From Hydrolagus affinis (lineage: Eukaryota), in the NCBI GenBank assembly GCA_012026655.1, contig JAAILG010000010.1, forward strand, positions 124,001 through 188,000: a stretch of DNA of 64,000 nucleotides, written 5' to 3'. Within the stretch, counting starts at the first letter, position 1. Each line of letters starts with the position of its first letter. A program made the translations under genes and the position numbers. Positions 25,661 to 39,152 of the stretch are shown one piece after another. The notes beneath the pieces were generated by a model, which saw only the letters and a program-made list of their open reading frames with translations, was not told the origin of the DNA and made no database searches.

Positions 25661-26457
25661 GAGGGCTAGAGGCGCAACCACTATGACCCATCAGAATGTC
25701 TGTGAGCCAGGATGTCTCTGTAACTTGTAATCCTAAATGTTGAGGCTTTAAAAATGTGCGCTGGCTGAGGCAATATGGACAGATTTGTTCAGTTTAAGGT
25801 CCGTTAAAAGCATTTCAGAGATTCGCTTTGATTCTCATAACATATACTCAATACCAGATTTATTTAAAATGTGCATTGATTTTATGGGATGCGATTAAGA
25901 TTTTTTGGGGGGATATAGTTCCTGGAACTGTTCATTCCCAAAGTTCTGTGATGAAATCTCCGTGTTGTGAGCCTCTGGGGGAAACTTCCTATTCCAGCTG
26001 CTGCCATTTATTGCAGCATGCAGGATTATTTTGTGATGCAGTATTGTATAATATATCAGTTTTGTGTTCAAGTTCAAATATAATAATAATAATCCATGCA
26101 TTTAATATAGAGCCTTTACTACATCTTTGTGGCATCTCAAAGATTCACAGAATACACTGTAAAGAGGATGGACATGCTTAAGAAAACGTACCAAACCAAA
26201 CTAAGAATTCCATGCATCCCACCTGTACATGGAAACGCCAGAGATAGATTGTTCAAGAACTACATCTTGCTTTCAACATTTACAATTGTTTTGTCACAAT
26301 GCAAAAGTGAGTTGAATAATTGTACTTTGGCAAATCAAGATCCACATAGGATTACGTCTACTGATGTTAATCCAACTGTGGTGGGAGGAATTGTGGATGG
26401 GTGTATTGTCATGATATTGTAAGATGTTATTCCTACTTACTGTGACATAAACAGAGA

Positions 26458-26551
26458 TATGTGGAGTCAGGAAACATGCCTAAAGTTTCATCCTGAATCA
26501 AGGTTCTCTAACTTGAGAGGCATATGGTCTAACCACTGAGCTACAGGACTC
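26458..26551 (-). mobile_element. Young SINE, isolated 5' head
   Basis: Ends in ctaaccactgagctacaggactc, the reverse complement of the head. Confidence 0.75.
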
Positions 26552-26881
26552 ACATATTGGAGATATGGACAATTAGACACAGGTTTTTTTAAGAAAAGTA
26601 TTCAATTGTTAGAATTATGCATCATTATGATGAAGTTGAGGGTGAGCAACTTGAGGTGAGATTTTGTGGTATAATTCTCGGAACATGATGGTCTTCCTAC
26701 TGCGCGTAATGGATACCAGGGAGCAAATTGTCACCACCCTTAACATCAAGTCGCTCGTCTTTAGATGTCAGTGGAAATCAAAAGTTGATGGAGGGGGCCT
26801 GATTCCCCGGGGGCAGGTCAATGAGGAAGGGTGGAGAACATTTGCAATCTGAAGAACATCCAAGGCTCCCAAATTGATAAA

Positions 26882-27183
26882 CTAATAATAATACTGTACT
26901 TGCATTTGATATAGCAAAGTGCTATATCAAAGCACTTCCCAAAATATGCTGCAAAGTGAATTGACTCTATTTGTATATTTGCGGGCAAAACGCTGCAGGC
27001 AATTGCGCACAGCAGTGTCCCACAAACAGTGGTGGATTGAAGTGACCAATTTGTTATTGTTTTTTTCCAAAGGATTATTATCAGGCGTGTGGAGTGAGGA
27101 AACTTGGCCAAGGTTTCGTCCTGCCGGGAATCAAACCCAGGTCTCTTGCTTGCGAGAGCTCTAACCACTGAGCTGCAGGACTC
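26882..27183 (-). mobile_element. Full-length young tRNA-derived SINE
   Basis: Minus-strand head gagtcctgcagctcagtggttagagc...cctgggtttgattcccggcagg, with full body and tail. Confidence 0.92.
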
Positions 27184-27400
27184 TGCAGTGACTACGCTTT
27201 ACAATACAATCCTGTGGAGTGCTTTGAGACACCTGAACGACATGAAATGTGCTATGTCAAATGCAATGATTATTAAATTGGCTGCCGCATTTACCTGCAA
27301 AATACAGTCATTACACTCTACAGAATGTCCTGTGAGGTGAAGTGCTTTGGCACATCCTCTTGATGTGAAATGCTCTATGGCAAATGTAGGGGGTTATTAT
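27184..27400 (+). mobile_element. Two tandem older SINE 3' tails
   Basis: The gtgctttg...gtgaaa...ctat...aaatg..attatt unit occurs twice. Confidence 0.7.
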
Positions 27401-30400
27401 TGGATATGAGTTGTTAAATTATTCTAATAATTTATATCATAATTTATCTAATTAAAATAGAAGTTAATAGCACCCAGGAGTTGTTTCTTAATCCCATTAT
27501 AGGCTGTGGCTGGTATTTTATTGTATTTCTGAACTGTGCTGTTATATTCAGTCTTCTTTGGGCCATATTTCTTTTGCATGAAAACCTAATATATATTGGT
27601 CTCTAATGCTGTGAACTGTTACTCATTTACTCTGTTGCCCATCTGGTGTAGCTTGGCTTTGCGTTTTTTTTGTGGAATTTGCGAGTAGCTTGATGTATTT
27701 GACATCTGCATGACAGCTTCCTTGGATGTGAGAGGTGCAGTGTGCTGGAGTAGTCCAGCTGTGTGTATTTGTGTCTGCATCAAGATGAGGAGCAGCACTT
27801 AGCCATAACTGACAATCAAATATGAACAAGGACTCACTCGAGAGTGCATTTTTATGTTGTGTGCTTTGGTGTGCGTTCAGTATTTGACATAGGCAGGGAT
27901 GTGTGTCATATTTTCTAGCCTTTAGAGCACCCGCACTATTTTCATGCTCATTGATTAAACAATATAATAAAAAAGTGGACCATGCAATATCTGTCTTTTT
28001 AAATCTTTGTATAGATATGACGTTTACTGCAGTGTTGTCCATTCCCAATGAAACCTTCATTATTAAGGGTTAGATTGAATAAGACAGAAAGAAGGAAGCC
28101 AAAGTTGGTATTCAACTGTGAGAAGAGACGATTCAGCTGTGTTCTACGGCACACCGGACCCTAGAACAATATGATGCATTTTGTGGTTTCAGTTTCTACA
28201 AATACTGATTTACTGAACTAGTAGCAGTGGCCTCAATAGGACAAGATGTTGAGCAGAGAACAAGTGCTTCACGTCTGGAATAGGGAAGGAATAAACGAAG
28301 GCATTTCAAGCAATCAGCTCAAGAGACAAGAACAGAAACATGGGGAAAAGTACAATCTGGCAAGGAGTGGTACATGAAGACCTAAATGGAGAAGGGGTTT
28401 TGAAAAATTATCACTGAAAGTTTATCAGCCTTTTAGAAATGGGTTTTGGTTACACTAATTCATAGGAAGAGATTTCACAGGATTGGTTGGGCTGGGTGAG
28501 TCGGGCAAGTTTATGCTTTTTTGTTGAGAGGTGATGATGTTCGTGATAGAGCAGTAACTGAATGCTGTTGATCCTAAAAATTTGGTGTAATTGGTAACTT
28601 GTTACAGGTGGCTATCTTTTCTTCCCATTGATTCTGAATGAGAAGAGATCAGTTCCCTCGGTCTGTGCTTCAAACAACATTGTACAGTAGTACACATTTG
28701 TGAGACATTAAGCTTTCGTACAGCAGTTGATGTGATACTTTGATCTTTGAAGTTTGGAATCCATCACCAGGAATGAATAATTATAATTATTATATTTGAT
28801 ACATCGCCATTCACATCGGTAGGATGTCTCAAAGCCCTTTGCAGGTTTTAATATAAACTGAAGTGACTGTGTATTTTGTAGGCAAACAAATCAGAATGAA
28901 TGAGTAATGGAAAAAGTCTTTGTCACAGCAGAAATTTTATACGCCATCTTGTAATTTGTGTAAACATTCGTGAGTTAATTGGAACGTAAATTATATGTTT
29001 AATCTCGGTTTCAAAGACTGAAGGTGAATGGTTAGGGTTGTAAACATGTTCTGTGACAAGTCAGATACTTGTATCAGTGTAGAACTTGTTAACCTAGATA
29101 TTTATTCTGTTCCAGTAACTTTTTATTAATAGATAAAAAGATGCACAAAATTAGACGCTAGGGAGGAAAAATTGCTGTTTTCAATGGCAACACTGCTACA
29201 GATACCGTGATGGCTAATATGAACCTGATTGTCTGTGTTTAGTTGTAAGCACATAAGAAATAAAGGTTTCCACTTGAAGAGTGAATGCAATAAATAAGAT
29301 CATGTAAATGCCACTGTTTTGCTGATCACTTATTTGGGTCAGTCTTTTCAGAAAGATGGGCCAGAGGAAAGTTCTGCATAATCCTAATTGCTTTTCTCTT
29401 GACTGTCTGATGCACTAATGTCAGAGTTCTCAAAATTGCTCCAAATATTCCAAGCGTAGCCTCACGACTGATCTCTGCAAATTTTGTAAAGACAGCGTGA
29501 GTGGCTTAGCCTTTGGGCGTGAATCAAAATGCACCAATTGTGACACTGAGATCAGGAAGGTACTTGTTTTGAGATAGCTAATCCTTGGCAAGTGTAGCAG
29601 ATATGAGAGCAGTGGCCTACTTTTGCGAAACTGCATATGCGAATTGCTTGGAATGTACTATAACAAGAATGTTCTTTGAAATGACAGCCAAGCTGAGTTT
29701 TATAAGGATAATAAAGTGCCATATACTGTATTTATATGGCCTTACTTTAAAGTAATGGTGGAATGTAACATAGTTGGATTTTGTCAGACATTGGAAAATA
29801 GTGAAAGCGACGTATATTTTAACTTGCATGCTTGACTACTGTACTTAAAGTTTGTATTTCAAATATGTGAGTCCAAGATTGACAACATCTTTATCACATT
29901 TTCCTTGACATAAAACGGTCTCATATGTTGCCATTTTGGTGAAGAAGCAGTTTGATGAGGGGTTAAAATGTCAGCAAAAGAGGAGTCAGTAAAGAATATG
30001 ATGTTTTCATTATATTGCTTTTGTACAGAAATGCAGGGATAAGATCTAGAAGAGCAAAACACTGATTTGAAATCTTTGATTGAGTTGCTTTTGATGGTAA
30101 TCTGCACCATCACTGCTGCTCAGAAAAATATTGTATGTAATGGCAGTTCGATAACCAGACATTTGTGCATCAGAAATTTTAAAAAAGATACAGTGCAAAT
30201 TGCACTGCGATGGGGTAATTGTATCATAGCCTTCACTACCGAGGATTTGCCTGTGCAGGTGCAGTCAAGTGATGTCAACACCGGCCCGATAGGCTGGATA
30301 TTGATCATGTTTTAGTGTTAGGGAAGTCTACCCAGCATTTTTGAAGTGACCGAGGAGGTTTCTGCGCAAAGTTTAGATTTTTGGACCAGACGGTAAATAT

Positions 30401-30632
30401 CTGGTTCACAGCCAAATCATGCTATCAGCCAAATAGTGACAACAGAAAGCCCATTATAACAGGGGTTCTGCTGTATTATGATAATGTGGGAACAACTTCA
30501 CTGAAGATCATTTTGGGAAATGTGGCTTCACTATCGACCGGAAAAAGTTGTGAGCTGTCAAATATGTTCTGACTTTGTGCTCTGTTTTTAAGTTTTTTTT
30601 TAAAAAAAACCTGCTTTGTTCTTATTTAACAG

Positions 30633-30710
30633 AAGCAGAGGCTGCTGAAAGAAATTCAGGACCGAAAGCTTCCGTATCTAACACCCAAAGATGTGCAGTT
30701 TGAAGAGCTG
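30633..30710 (+). CDS. FTO: FTO exon 2 (KQRLLKEIQDRKLPYLTPKDVQFEEL)
   Basis: 78 nt; acceptor tttaacag, donor gtatac; contains the FTO LPYLTPKD motif. Confidence 0.96.
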
Positions 30711-31019
30711 GTATACATTTTGTTTTACATACTAATGGGTTCTGAAAACCATAAAGGACATTTAATTATTGCGAATAATTTCAGCTGGATTCAGGCAGGA
30801 GACAAGTCGGCATCAAAAACCATTTCATTTTTTTAATTAAAGCACATTTAATATGGCTGTGAATGGGAATATGTAATGCATCAATATAGAATTTGTGGGT
30901 TCTGGTAGAGTTTTTACAACACATCCATCAATATGACAAGGTCATAGCCTTATATCACAGGTGGTAAATCGCCTGCCTCAGAACCACTTGCTGTGTGTTC
31001 AGCATCCAGATTACAAGTC

Positions 31020-31318
31020 AGTTGCGTGAAGTGCTTTGAGACGTCCTCCCGACGTGAAATTTGCAATGTAAATGGATGTTTCTGACACTATTTGAAAAGA
31101 GAAGTGAGTTTCTCTTGGTGATCTAACCAATAGTCCCCCAGATAGTATTTCGCAATCAATCCATAGCTGTTTGTGGACAACAGTGTATGCAAATTGGCCA
31201 CTGCGTTTGTCTACAAAACACTAAGTCACTATACTTTGCTGTGAATCTCATGAAGTGCTTTGAGACCTCCACTTGACGGGAAAGGTGCTATATCAAATGC
31301 ATGGATGAGTATTGTTAC
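31020..31318 (+). mobile_element. Degenerate SINE tail plus the 3' half of a Deu-domain SINE
   Basis: cactatttgaaaagagaagtgagtttctc...gctgtttgtgg...caaattggcc...aaggtgctatatcaaatgca. Confidence 0.7.
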
Positions 31319-32661
31319 TGTCAGAAGAAGACAATGAGGAGCTGCCTCATAGGGAAGGAAAGAACATTGAAAGTCAAGCATGTTGGCATGTTTTGAAACT
31401 GAGCAGCTTCTAATGAACTGGCCTAAAAGTCAGTTGTCTGCTCACCTTGCCAACCAGAAAATATTGCGTGATGTTCAGAGTAAATAATTAACCTATGGTG
31501 GGAAAGGAAAGATGAGGAAATGCATAGAATATACATTTTGCTTATAATTGTTTTCTTCACATGTGATTTGTGGTGCCTTGCAAAATTTTGTATTGCACAT
31601 ATTTTTTTTTGCAGATTTATCATTTCAACATATTACGTCAATTTCATTTAGATAAAAGTAGGTTACCTGAGTCGAGGCTTATTTGTAATACGCTCATCAA
31701 AATGCAGCCAGCTGTGCTTTTCAAAGCACCTGCCAGGCCTTGCCTTTCACTTGCTTTCCATGAAGCTCTGTGGTTTTTTGAAACTGTAGCTAATCACTGT
31801 AGTGTGGACTTGGGTAATGAAAGTGACACTAAGACCTGCATGATACCTAGTCTCGAGGGCCTACAAAAAAAACTGGTCTGTATTTGGACAGCATTTAATA
31901 TTGAGCGATAATATTAAAGCTTGTATTTGGGGCTCTTCCAATCATTCAGGTAGTTTATCCAGTGAGTCACTGGAACACACAGAATAGGAATGCCCGGTCT
32001 GCTATAAGTTGTTTGGGATGCTGCCATTGTTCTCATCAAAGTGCTCCAGGAAGCTGCCTTGTGTGAAGGGCGCTATATAAATGCATGTTGTTGTTGACCT
32101 CAAGGTTCCAGGCTAGGGGAAGATTCCTTTTGGTGCCCACCTTTGAACACTGTTACATTACTTCCTTGCAGGATGACCCAATAGCCTGCCAACTACTACT
32201 ATTGAGGCCCGTACATGAATAACAGCCACTACCATGAGCTTGCTAAGTGTAGAATAACAACAACTTGCACTTTTATGCAGGATAATGTCTTGGAGTGACC
32301 CGGGCACTTAAATACTATGCAGAGGATTATTTGAAAGTGACAAATTATCCACATATTTGTGTAATAATATTAGAATAGTAAGTGCCATGAAAATCTGCCT
32401 TTTACAAATGAGTATTCAGTCATTTGTGTGTTCTGTCATCTCGGCTCCCGGTGGCATAATTGGTTATTCACTGATCCTCATTGTCATTGCTTGGATTTTT
32501 GTCAATTTGTGTAAGATATTAAACCTTCATTTTCAGATTGATCAATTTTGTAAGAAAAAAATGAGCAATTATTAGATTGTATATACTGTACATATCTCTC
32601 TCTATATATATATATACACACACAATAGTGTTGAATTATAACTCCTTTTTGATCTCTTCAG

Positions 32662-33298
32662 TCAAAGGCCAAATATTCCAAGTTAAACCTAAAACCAGCC
32701 AATTGTGTACCTCAGGAAGTTCATCAAAAAGTCCAACAGGGATTGATAACTCTGCGAGACTGTAAATGCTTTGCACAAGATCTTGTTCAAATAAAGGGCA
32801 AAGATGTACTTACTCCTGTGTCCAGAATACTGATAGGAGACCCAGGTTGTACATATCGCTACCTGGATACGCGACTGTTTGCAGTCCCTTGGTCATCGGA
32901 TGGAGTTAAGGTCAAGTACAGTCGTGATGAAATTGGTAAAGCCTGCCAAGCTGTTAAAGATCTGAATGAATATTTGCATGAGGAAACGATGAAGCTTTTG
33001 CTGGATTGCTGTTCAACTCGGGTTAAAGAGCAAGGATCTGTGGAGAAGGCCACACCAAGCAAACCAGAGCATTTATACGAATGTGATCCCTCTACAAGTG
33101 TGATAGATGAAACTCATGACAACAATCAAGACAGGGCATCTTTTAACGTGGTCTTGTTAAACTATATGGATCCTTCAAACATGGTATACCTAAAAGAGGA
33201 GCCTTACTTTGGAATGGGGAAGATGGCCGTGAGTTGGCATCATGATGAGAATCTGATGGCAAGGTCAACAGTTGCTGTGTATAGCTACAGCTGTGATG
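32662..33298 (+). CDS. FTO: FTO exon 3 (catalytic domain, SKAKYSKL...VAVYSYSCD)
   Basis: 637 nt open frame; acceptor ctcttcag, donor G|gtacgt (phase 1). Motifs TPVSRILIGDPGCTYRYL and LKEEPYFGMGKMAVSWHHDENL, including the HxD iron ligands (His codon at 33238-33240). Confidence 0.98.
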
Positions 33299-34847
33299 GT
33301 ACGTATAGGGAATGAATAGGGAATTACTAGATTACCTCTTGCTGTTTAATGTTTCCACCCCCTGAAGCTTTCTTTGCATTCTACATAGAGGCTGTGCACC
33401 TGCAAGCTTGTACACCAATTTAGATTTACTGTTTGCTAATTGTTTTAGAGCACTATAGAAATGTTAAATCAACACATGTGGGCCTGCCAGTTTCTGTATT
33501 TTCTGGAACCCATTTTGTTTACATAAAACCGAGTTGCCTTTATTGATGCGAGCAAGCGCATGCGTGCATTGTAATTAAGTAACTGGTTGGATGCCAAGAA
33601 ATATTAAATTTGCAATAACAACAAAAATTCACCACCGAGTCCCTTAGGTGCACATTTCCACTCATATAAATGCTTTTATTGTCCTGGACATCATCGTTTC
33701 TATTGGAGTGATTTGTCAGAAATGAACTGGCTGCTGTAGCATGCTGATTTTATTACCATTCCTTGCTTTCAAGATACTACTTTGGGTTGGCTTTGAACCG
33801 AAGTACTTAGTTCGAAACCTGCTGCCCTTTTTTGCAACACGCTTTCTTTAATTCCCTGAGAACCAGCTTTATCAAGCTTTAAGAACAAACCTGTGACTGA
33901 GAGCCTTGGCTCTCACACGCCAATTCATCAAATGTAAAGGCCTTTGTTTGTTTTAATCTCCTAACTCACTGGTTGTAGCTATTCTGCTCATTTGTTACCG
34001 ATAATTATCAAAGCTTTTGAATGACTAACCTGCGAACGCTGCATGAGTGTTTTGGCAATAAATTTTTAAAAACACAAAAAAGAAACTAATTTTAACGAGC
34101 ACATTCCAAAGGTTCTGGATTTATTAGAAAACCCCAGGAAACTTTGATTGAAATTACTCTTTCTGATTGTAGTCCTACATTTTATTGGTGCCATATTGCG
34201 AACTGTGTTGCACTTGGTAATGCCTGCCAAAACTTCGGCAAATTCTGTGAAACAGGCGTCCAGTTAATCCGCAGAGAGTTCTCTCTTTAATTTTTATGCT
34301 ACATTGTGTTCAAAATGCTTTCAAACTAAGCAATGCAATTTGCAGGCTTCTTAAAGTACTGCTGTGAAATTAAGATCCGATTTATGTGAGCAGTGCTCTT
34401 TTAAACAAAACAAAATCCCCCAAAAGACTTTAGTATTGATTATTTGCTGGGTGTTCGGTAGATCTTTGTTTTCTCATTTGTGCAGTCTATGATAGCAGAG
34501 CCTGGAGCGGAGTAACCACAACAGTGACAGGCTTGAAAAACAATTGGGGCTTTTCATTATGTTTCCTTTTTTTACATTTTGAGTACAACTGAAATCACTT
34601 GACAGATTACTGTGCACGTGCATCAGACTGTCAGACATTCTGATGAGGAGTTTCTGCAACACATGAAATCCGTCATTGCTTAGGAATTGACTGTATGATG
34701 AATTCATTTGTTTTCTATATATAAATCTCCTTTTGAATATGGGGGAATATCTCTAAGGGGGACAGATTTATTATAATGTACCTTGTTATGATTTCCATAA
34801 ATCATTTTTAATTGAACCCCACCCACCACCACTGTTTTGTTCAACAG

Positions 34848-34997
34848 ATTTAGGATCTACCACAGATGAAGGTAACGGAAAGTCAATGGAGGGCAGAGAC
34901 CCAGCATTGTGGCACATTGGTCTGAAAGTAGCCTGGGACATTGAGACACCAGGGTTGGCATTGCCACTGCATCCAGGCGACTGCTACTTTATGCTTG
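34848..34997 (+). CDS. FTO: FTO exon 4 (...EGRDPALWHIGLKVAWDIETPGLALPLHPGDCYFML)
   Basis: 150 nt, phase 1-1; acceptor ttcaacag, donor gtaata; WDIETPGL and DCYFML motifs. Confidence 0.97.
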
Positions 34998-37337
34998 GTA
35001 ATATTTGAATATTTTACCTACTTAACTTCCTGCTCATTTATAAAACGCTTTGTGGCTGAAGGTCAAGGAACAGAAGTGTTGTGCTTATAATATCTGCAAC
35101 GCTCTCATCTTTCTTCCGTTTGAAATGAACGTCTAACCAAACCTGTTTTATGTTACGGTTTATAAATGATTATTGCATTTTGAAGTACAGTGGACTTGCC
35201 TTCATATCCTAAAGCTTGCTTTTTTTCAAAGTAGCTGTGGGGTCTTGCAACCTTTTCAGGTTCAAAATTAAAAGCACGTGTGACAGCTTGTGTTTTTATT
35301 ACCACATTTGAGTCTATAGCGGATGAAGTGTGAGATTGTTCTTTTTAAATATGAGCTCGACGACTGAAAAATGAATTATTTTCAAAACGTACCTTCCACT
35401 ATAAGTGAAATGGAAATGTGAGCCCGTGGAATTGAGGAGTGCTGAGCTGCTGTAAGAGAGACAGTTTGCTGTGTGCACATGTGTACCCTACCTGCAAACA
35501 TATAACGTAGCATAAAATTGGCTTGCAATGGGACAACGTGGATAGAATTCTTCCTTTTAACAAAGTACAATTGGAGATTGATGGGGGATTTTATGTATAC
35601 ATAAAAAAGCGGTTTCCCATGATTTAATGATAAAATATCAGTCTGCAAGGGAAGTGTGGACTGGCTTCTGATGTCACAAGTTTCCAGGGTGTCTGCTCCA
35701 TGACCTGTTTTGCGTAAGCCATAAATGTACACATAATAGGAAGGCATGTGAAGGCTTTAATGCATTCTGTATTCTCAAGTGTTAAATAGGGCTGTTTTAA
35801 TTTCATTGCGAAAGAATGATAATCTTGTCCCATCCAAAATGTTCGAAAAAGTACTTCTTCCTGGACAACACACTGACATTTAAACCTTAACGGCAAGAAA
35901 CTGAGATAAAGGGTTTCAAGAGTGATAGTCAAGTGACGCTTGTAGGCTCACCTCTGTCATGACCTTTTTATGGAAACACTCACACCACTAGCTACTGGCT
36001 AAATTATACACATTAAAGCACTAGAGAACTGTGATTTAGTTTTGCAAGAGTTTTCTTTTACTGCTTTTACCTGTACTTTACAGTACCTTTCTCACTTAAA
36101 GTATTTGGTCAGTGAACTGAGCCGATGGCAAAATGGTTTACAAGCTGTCGGTAAATGAGTTGATCAGACTAACGTGCTTGCAAACCGTGAAAAAGTAATG
36201 AATTTGTTTTCCTTTTATTAAAAAAAGCTATTTATTTTTAGTTGTTTTACCGTGCGTCCTCCTGCATGGTTCTTTAAGCAGGAGTGTGTACAAGGCATCC
36301 CATTTCCGGGCCTTATGATGAACCAGTAGGAAAACAATCTGTGATAATTTTGCTGTCTTCTCAATGGGGAAGCAGATTGCTTTTGTATGACACTTCTTCT
36401 CCATTATACTGACCAACACTTCAAGTTTGACATATTACTCCACTCATCTGTGTACCGCCTAATTCACAGTGCATTGAATTTATATTTGAATGGTGTCTGC
36501 CATTGATTGCATACACATAAATAATAGGTATTAATGTACCAGAGGGGAAGACTATGTTTAATCAAAAGCTCATTCACCATAAACATTTGGGTTTGAGTTG
36601 TGCAATCTTTCGGGTTTCCAATTTGAGGGAAGTGAGAATGCCAATTGAGGATAACTACCGAATGCGTGTTTTGAGCTCCAAAACATATTTTATAAATATA
36701 TTCTATTCTTAATCGGAAAAAGATGAAAGAATTTTGAAAATTGCCTTTAGCCCATCAAAACACATTTCTTTCATCAACCATTTGCAGTCACAAGTGGACA
36801 CTTTCTGCTAGTAATATAATGTGCAGCTTTTAGCATTGTTTAAAAACTTAAATTGCCTTTGTTGGTTTCTGACCCATATTCCATCCTGACTTCTGCATTC
36901 CACATAACTATTGTAGTGCAGCTTAATTTGTATGAAAATACAAAAGATTAATTGTAAACTGTGAGCAGTGATTTATCAGATTCAAAGGGTGGAATTTTTG
37001 CTAATCTACAACATCTGCCAACATGATTCCCTTCACACCCTGTAGGCCAGATCCTGCTAAAGGCAATGCTAACAGCAGAATGAGAATGTTTCCCGTTAAA
37101 CTTAAAGTGGTTGTTCCTAAACACACCTGCAAAACACTTGACACCTCCTCAACATATGTGCCAATGTTTGTCTATCCATGTATCATATTAGATTGCTTTT
37201 TCCTGCCCTGCTAATGTTATCCATACCGTACGTAAGAGGGTACTCACTCAAGAGATGCTTATCCTTATTTTGAAAGAGAGAAAATGAATAATTCTTTGAA
37301 AACTTCATTCTGTATATTAATTCTATATTATATTTCA

Positions 37338-37450
37338 CCCACAGTCATGCAGTCAATTCACTTTACAATATACGGTACAGTGAAGCACTTTGAGACTCAA
37401 CGATGCGATAAGTCGCTATATCAAGTGAAAGGATTGTTATTATTTATTAT
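37338..37450 (+). mobile_element. Young SINE 3' tail
   Basis: cagtcaattcactttac...gaagcactttgagac...gctatatcaa. Confidence 0.8.
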
Positions 37451-38374
37451 TAATTTTACTTCACTTACCAGGTCACCTATCTGAATAGGAAACAAATTAT
37501 TGAGCTAATTTTCAGCCTGAATCATCAAACATTTTTTCCACTAGATAGGTTATCTAAGACCAGCTATCCATTTTTATTTTTTGAGTGCCATAGCCCTTGG
37601 CATCTCTTCTGTCTTGCAAGTAAAATTATTTAAAACATAGAATCATTTTGCTTTAGCCGTGAATGAATTGTTTTATGCCAGAATTTCAATTCTACACTGA
37701 CTGTTGTAGACATTTCTTTGTCAATGATGGACTTGATTTCACTGCGTGATGTGTGTGCAGACTTCCAGCAGCAAGTGAGATATTATAGGCTCTTGCAGTT
37801 ATTCTTCATTATGCGTACATTGATAGCAGGCACTCTGGCAAAGAAATTGTCAGGGATAGCCAGCAAGATTGAACCGTTCAGCCCACAAGCACACCTCTAC
37901 TTTGATTAATTATAGCGATAACAGAAAAAAGGCGTATATCATACAGTCAGCCTACACTTTTGGGGGAAAAGTCATGATAAAGTAGCTAGTTAAGTTAGCA
38001 GTCAAGAAATATAGCATCATTTCTTTCCCTTTAGGCTGATGTTTGGAACAGAATGAAAATCTGAGGGCAACCCTCTGCACTTGATCCTGGCAGAGCAGGA
38101 ATTCCACTCGCTGTTTGTATGCAGATCCATCTTAAATAGTGTCACAATAGACAAGAGCCAAGGCTTCCATTTTGGTAACATACTTCCTTTTAATTTTGGA
38201 GTCCCAAGTCACATTGACACGTTGGGTTGAATATCATCTATCTCCATATATTGCAAATATGCCAAAGGAATTGCAGCTGTGTAAGGTGCTATGGATTGAT
38301 AAGAAATGATCTATTTTGCGAATATCACAAATTGTTTGCCAGCATCATCTTATTGAAGATGTATTAAAAACATA

Positions 38375-38525
38375 AACAATGATTCTTACATTTGATGCAG
38401 TTCCTTTCACGTTGGGAGGACTTCTCAAAGTGTTTCACAGGATTTACTGTAAAATGTAGTGACTGTACATTTTGTAAGCGAATGTGGCAGACAATTTTCT
38501 CTCAGCCACATCCCATAAACAGCCA
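38375..38525 (-). mobile_element. Older SINE, 3' half
   Basis: cttacatttgat...ctcaaagtgtttcacagg...gtagtgactgt...tcccataaacagc. Confidence 0.7.
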
Positions 38526-39072
38526 TGAAGCCAAATTTGGGTAGTGCAGTTACAAAGATCCTTTGTACTGAAAGGGTGAACAAGAGAATGGGTTAAAAAG
38601 GGATGGTTGCAGTTGAAAAGAAAATGAAGAGCGAGGAAAAAGTGCATATCATTGTCACAACACTTCTACTTTGAAAGCTTCAGAAAAGAAAATTGTCCCA
38701 TTACAAATTTCCCATTGTAACACAGGATCAAAATTGAACTTTACAGTTTGATTTTGATTGGTGAAATGCCTTAGCTGGACGTAAGCATCTGTTGCAGTTT
38801 GAAAAAATAATGTATTTCATGTTTAACTATATGCCTCCCAATCATTTCTGTTCTCTTCAATATTGCTAATTGTTTGCATTTGCTAGTCCTGTGCATTCTG
38901 CCAGAGTATTTTGTATTTCTTTCTATGCTTCTTGAATTATTACTTCCTGCTTGTTCTGTAATATTCTGTGCAGTGCATCGTTAACTAATGTTCTGTCTTC
39001 GAGATTAAATTTCATTTAAAATATTTTTTTGTATGGATTAAAGACGATTTGTGACTTGTAATCTGTCCTCAG

Positions 39073-39152
39073 ATGATCTTAATATGACCCATCAACATTG
39101 TGTTCTGTCTGGTCTGCAGCCTCGCTTCAGCTGCACCCACCGGGTGGCAGAG
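39073..39152 (+). CDS. FTO: FTO exon 5 ([27 protein letters not shown])
   Basis: 80 nt; acceptor cctcag, donor gtaaga. Contains the distal iron-binding His (human H307) and the 2-oxoglutarate-binding RxxxxxR (human R316/R322). Confidence 0.98.

Noticed and set aside
27623-28060. 145 aa minus-strand ORF in intron 1
   Set aside because: No recognisable domain or exon structure; its length is compatible with chance.
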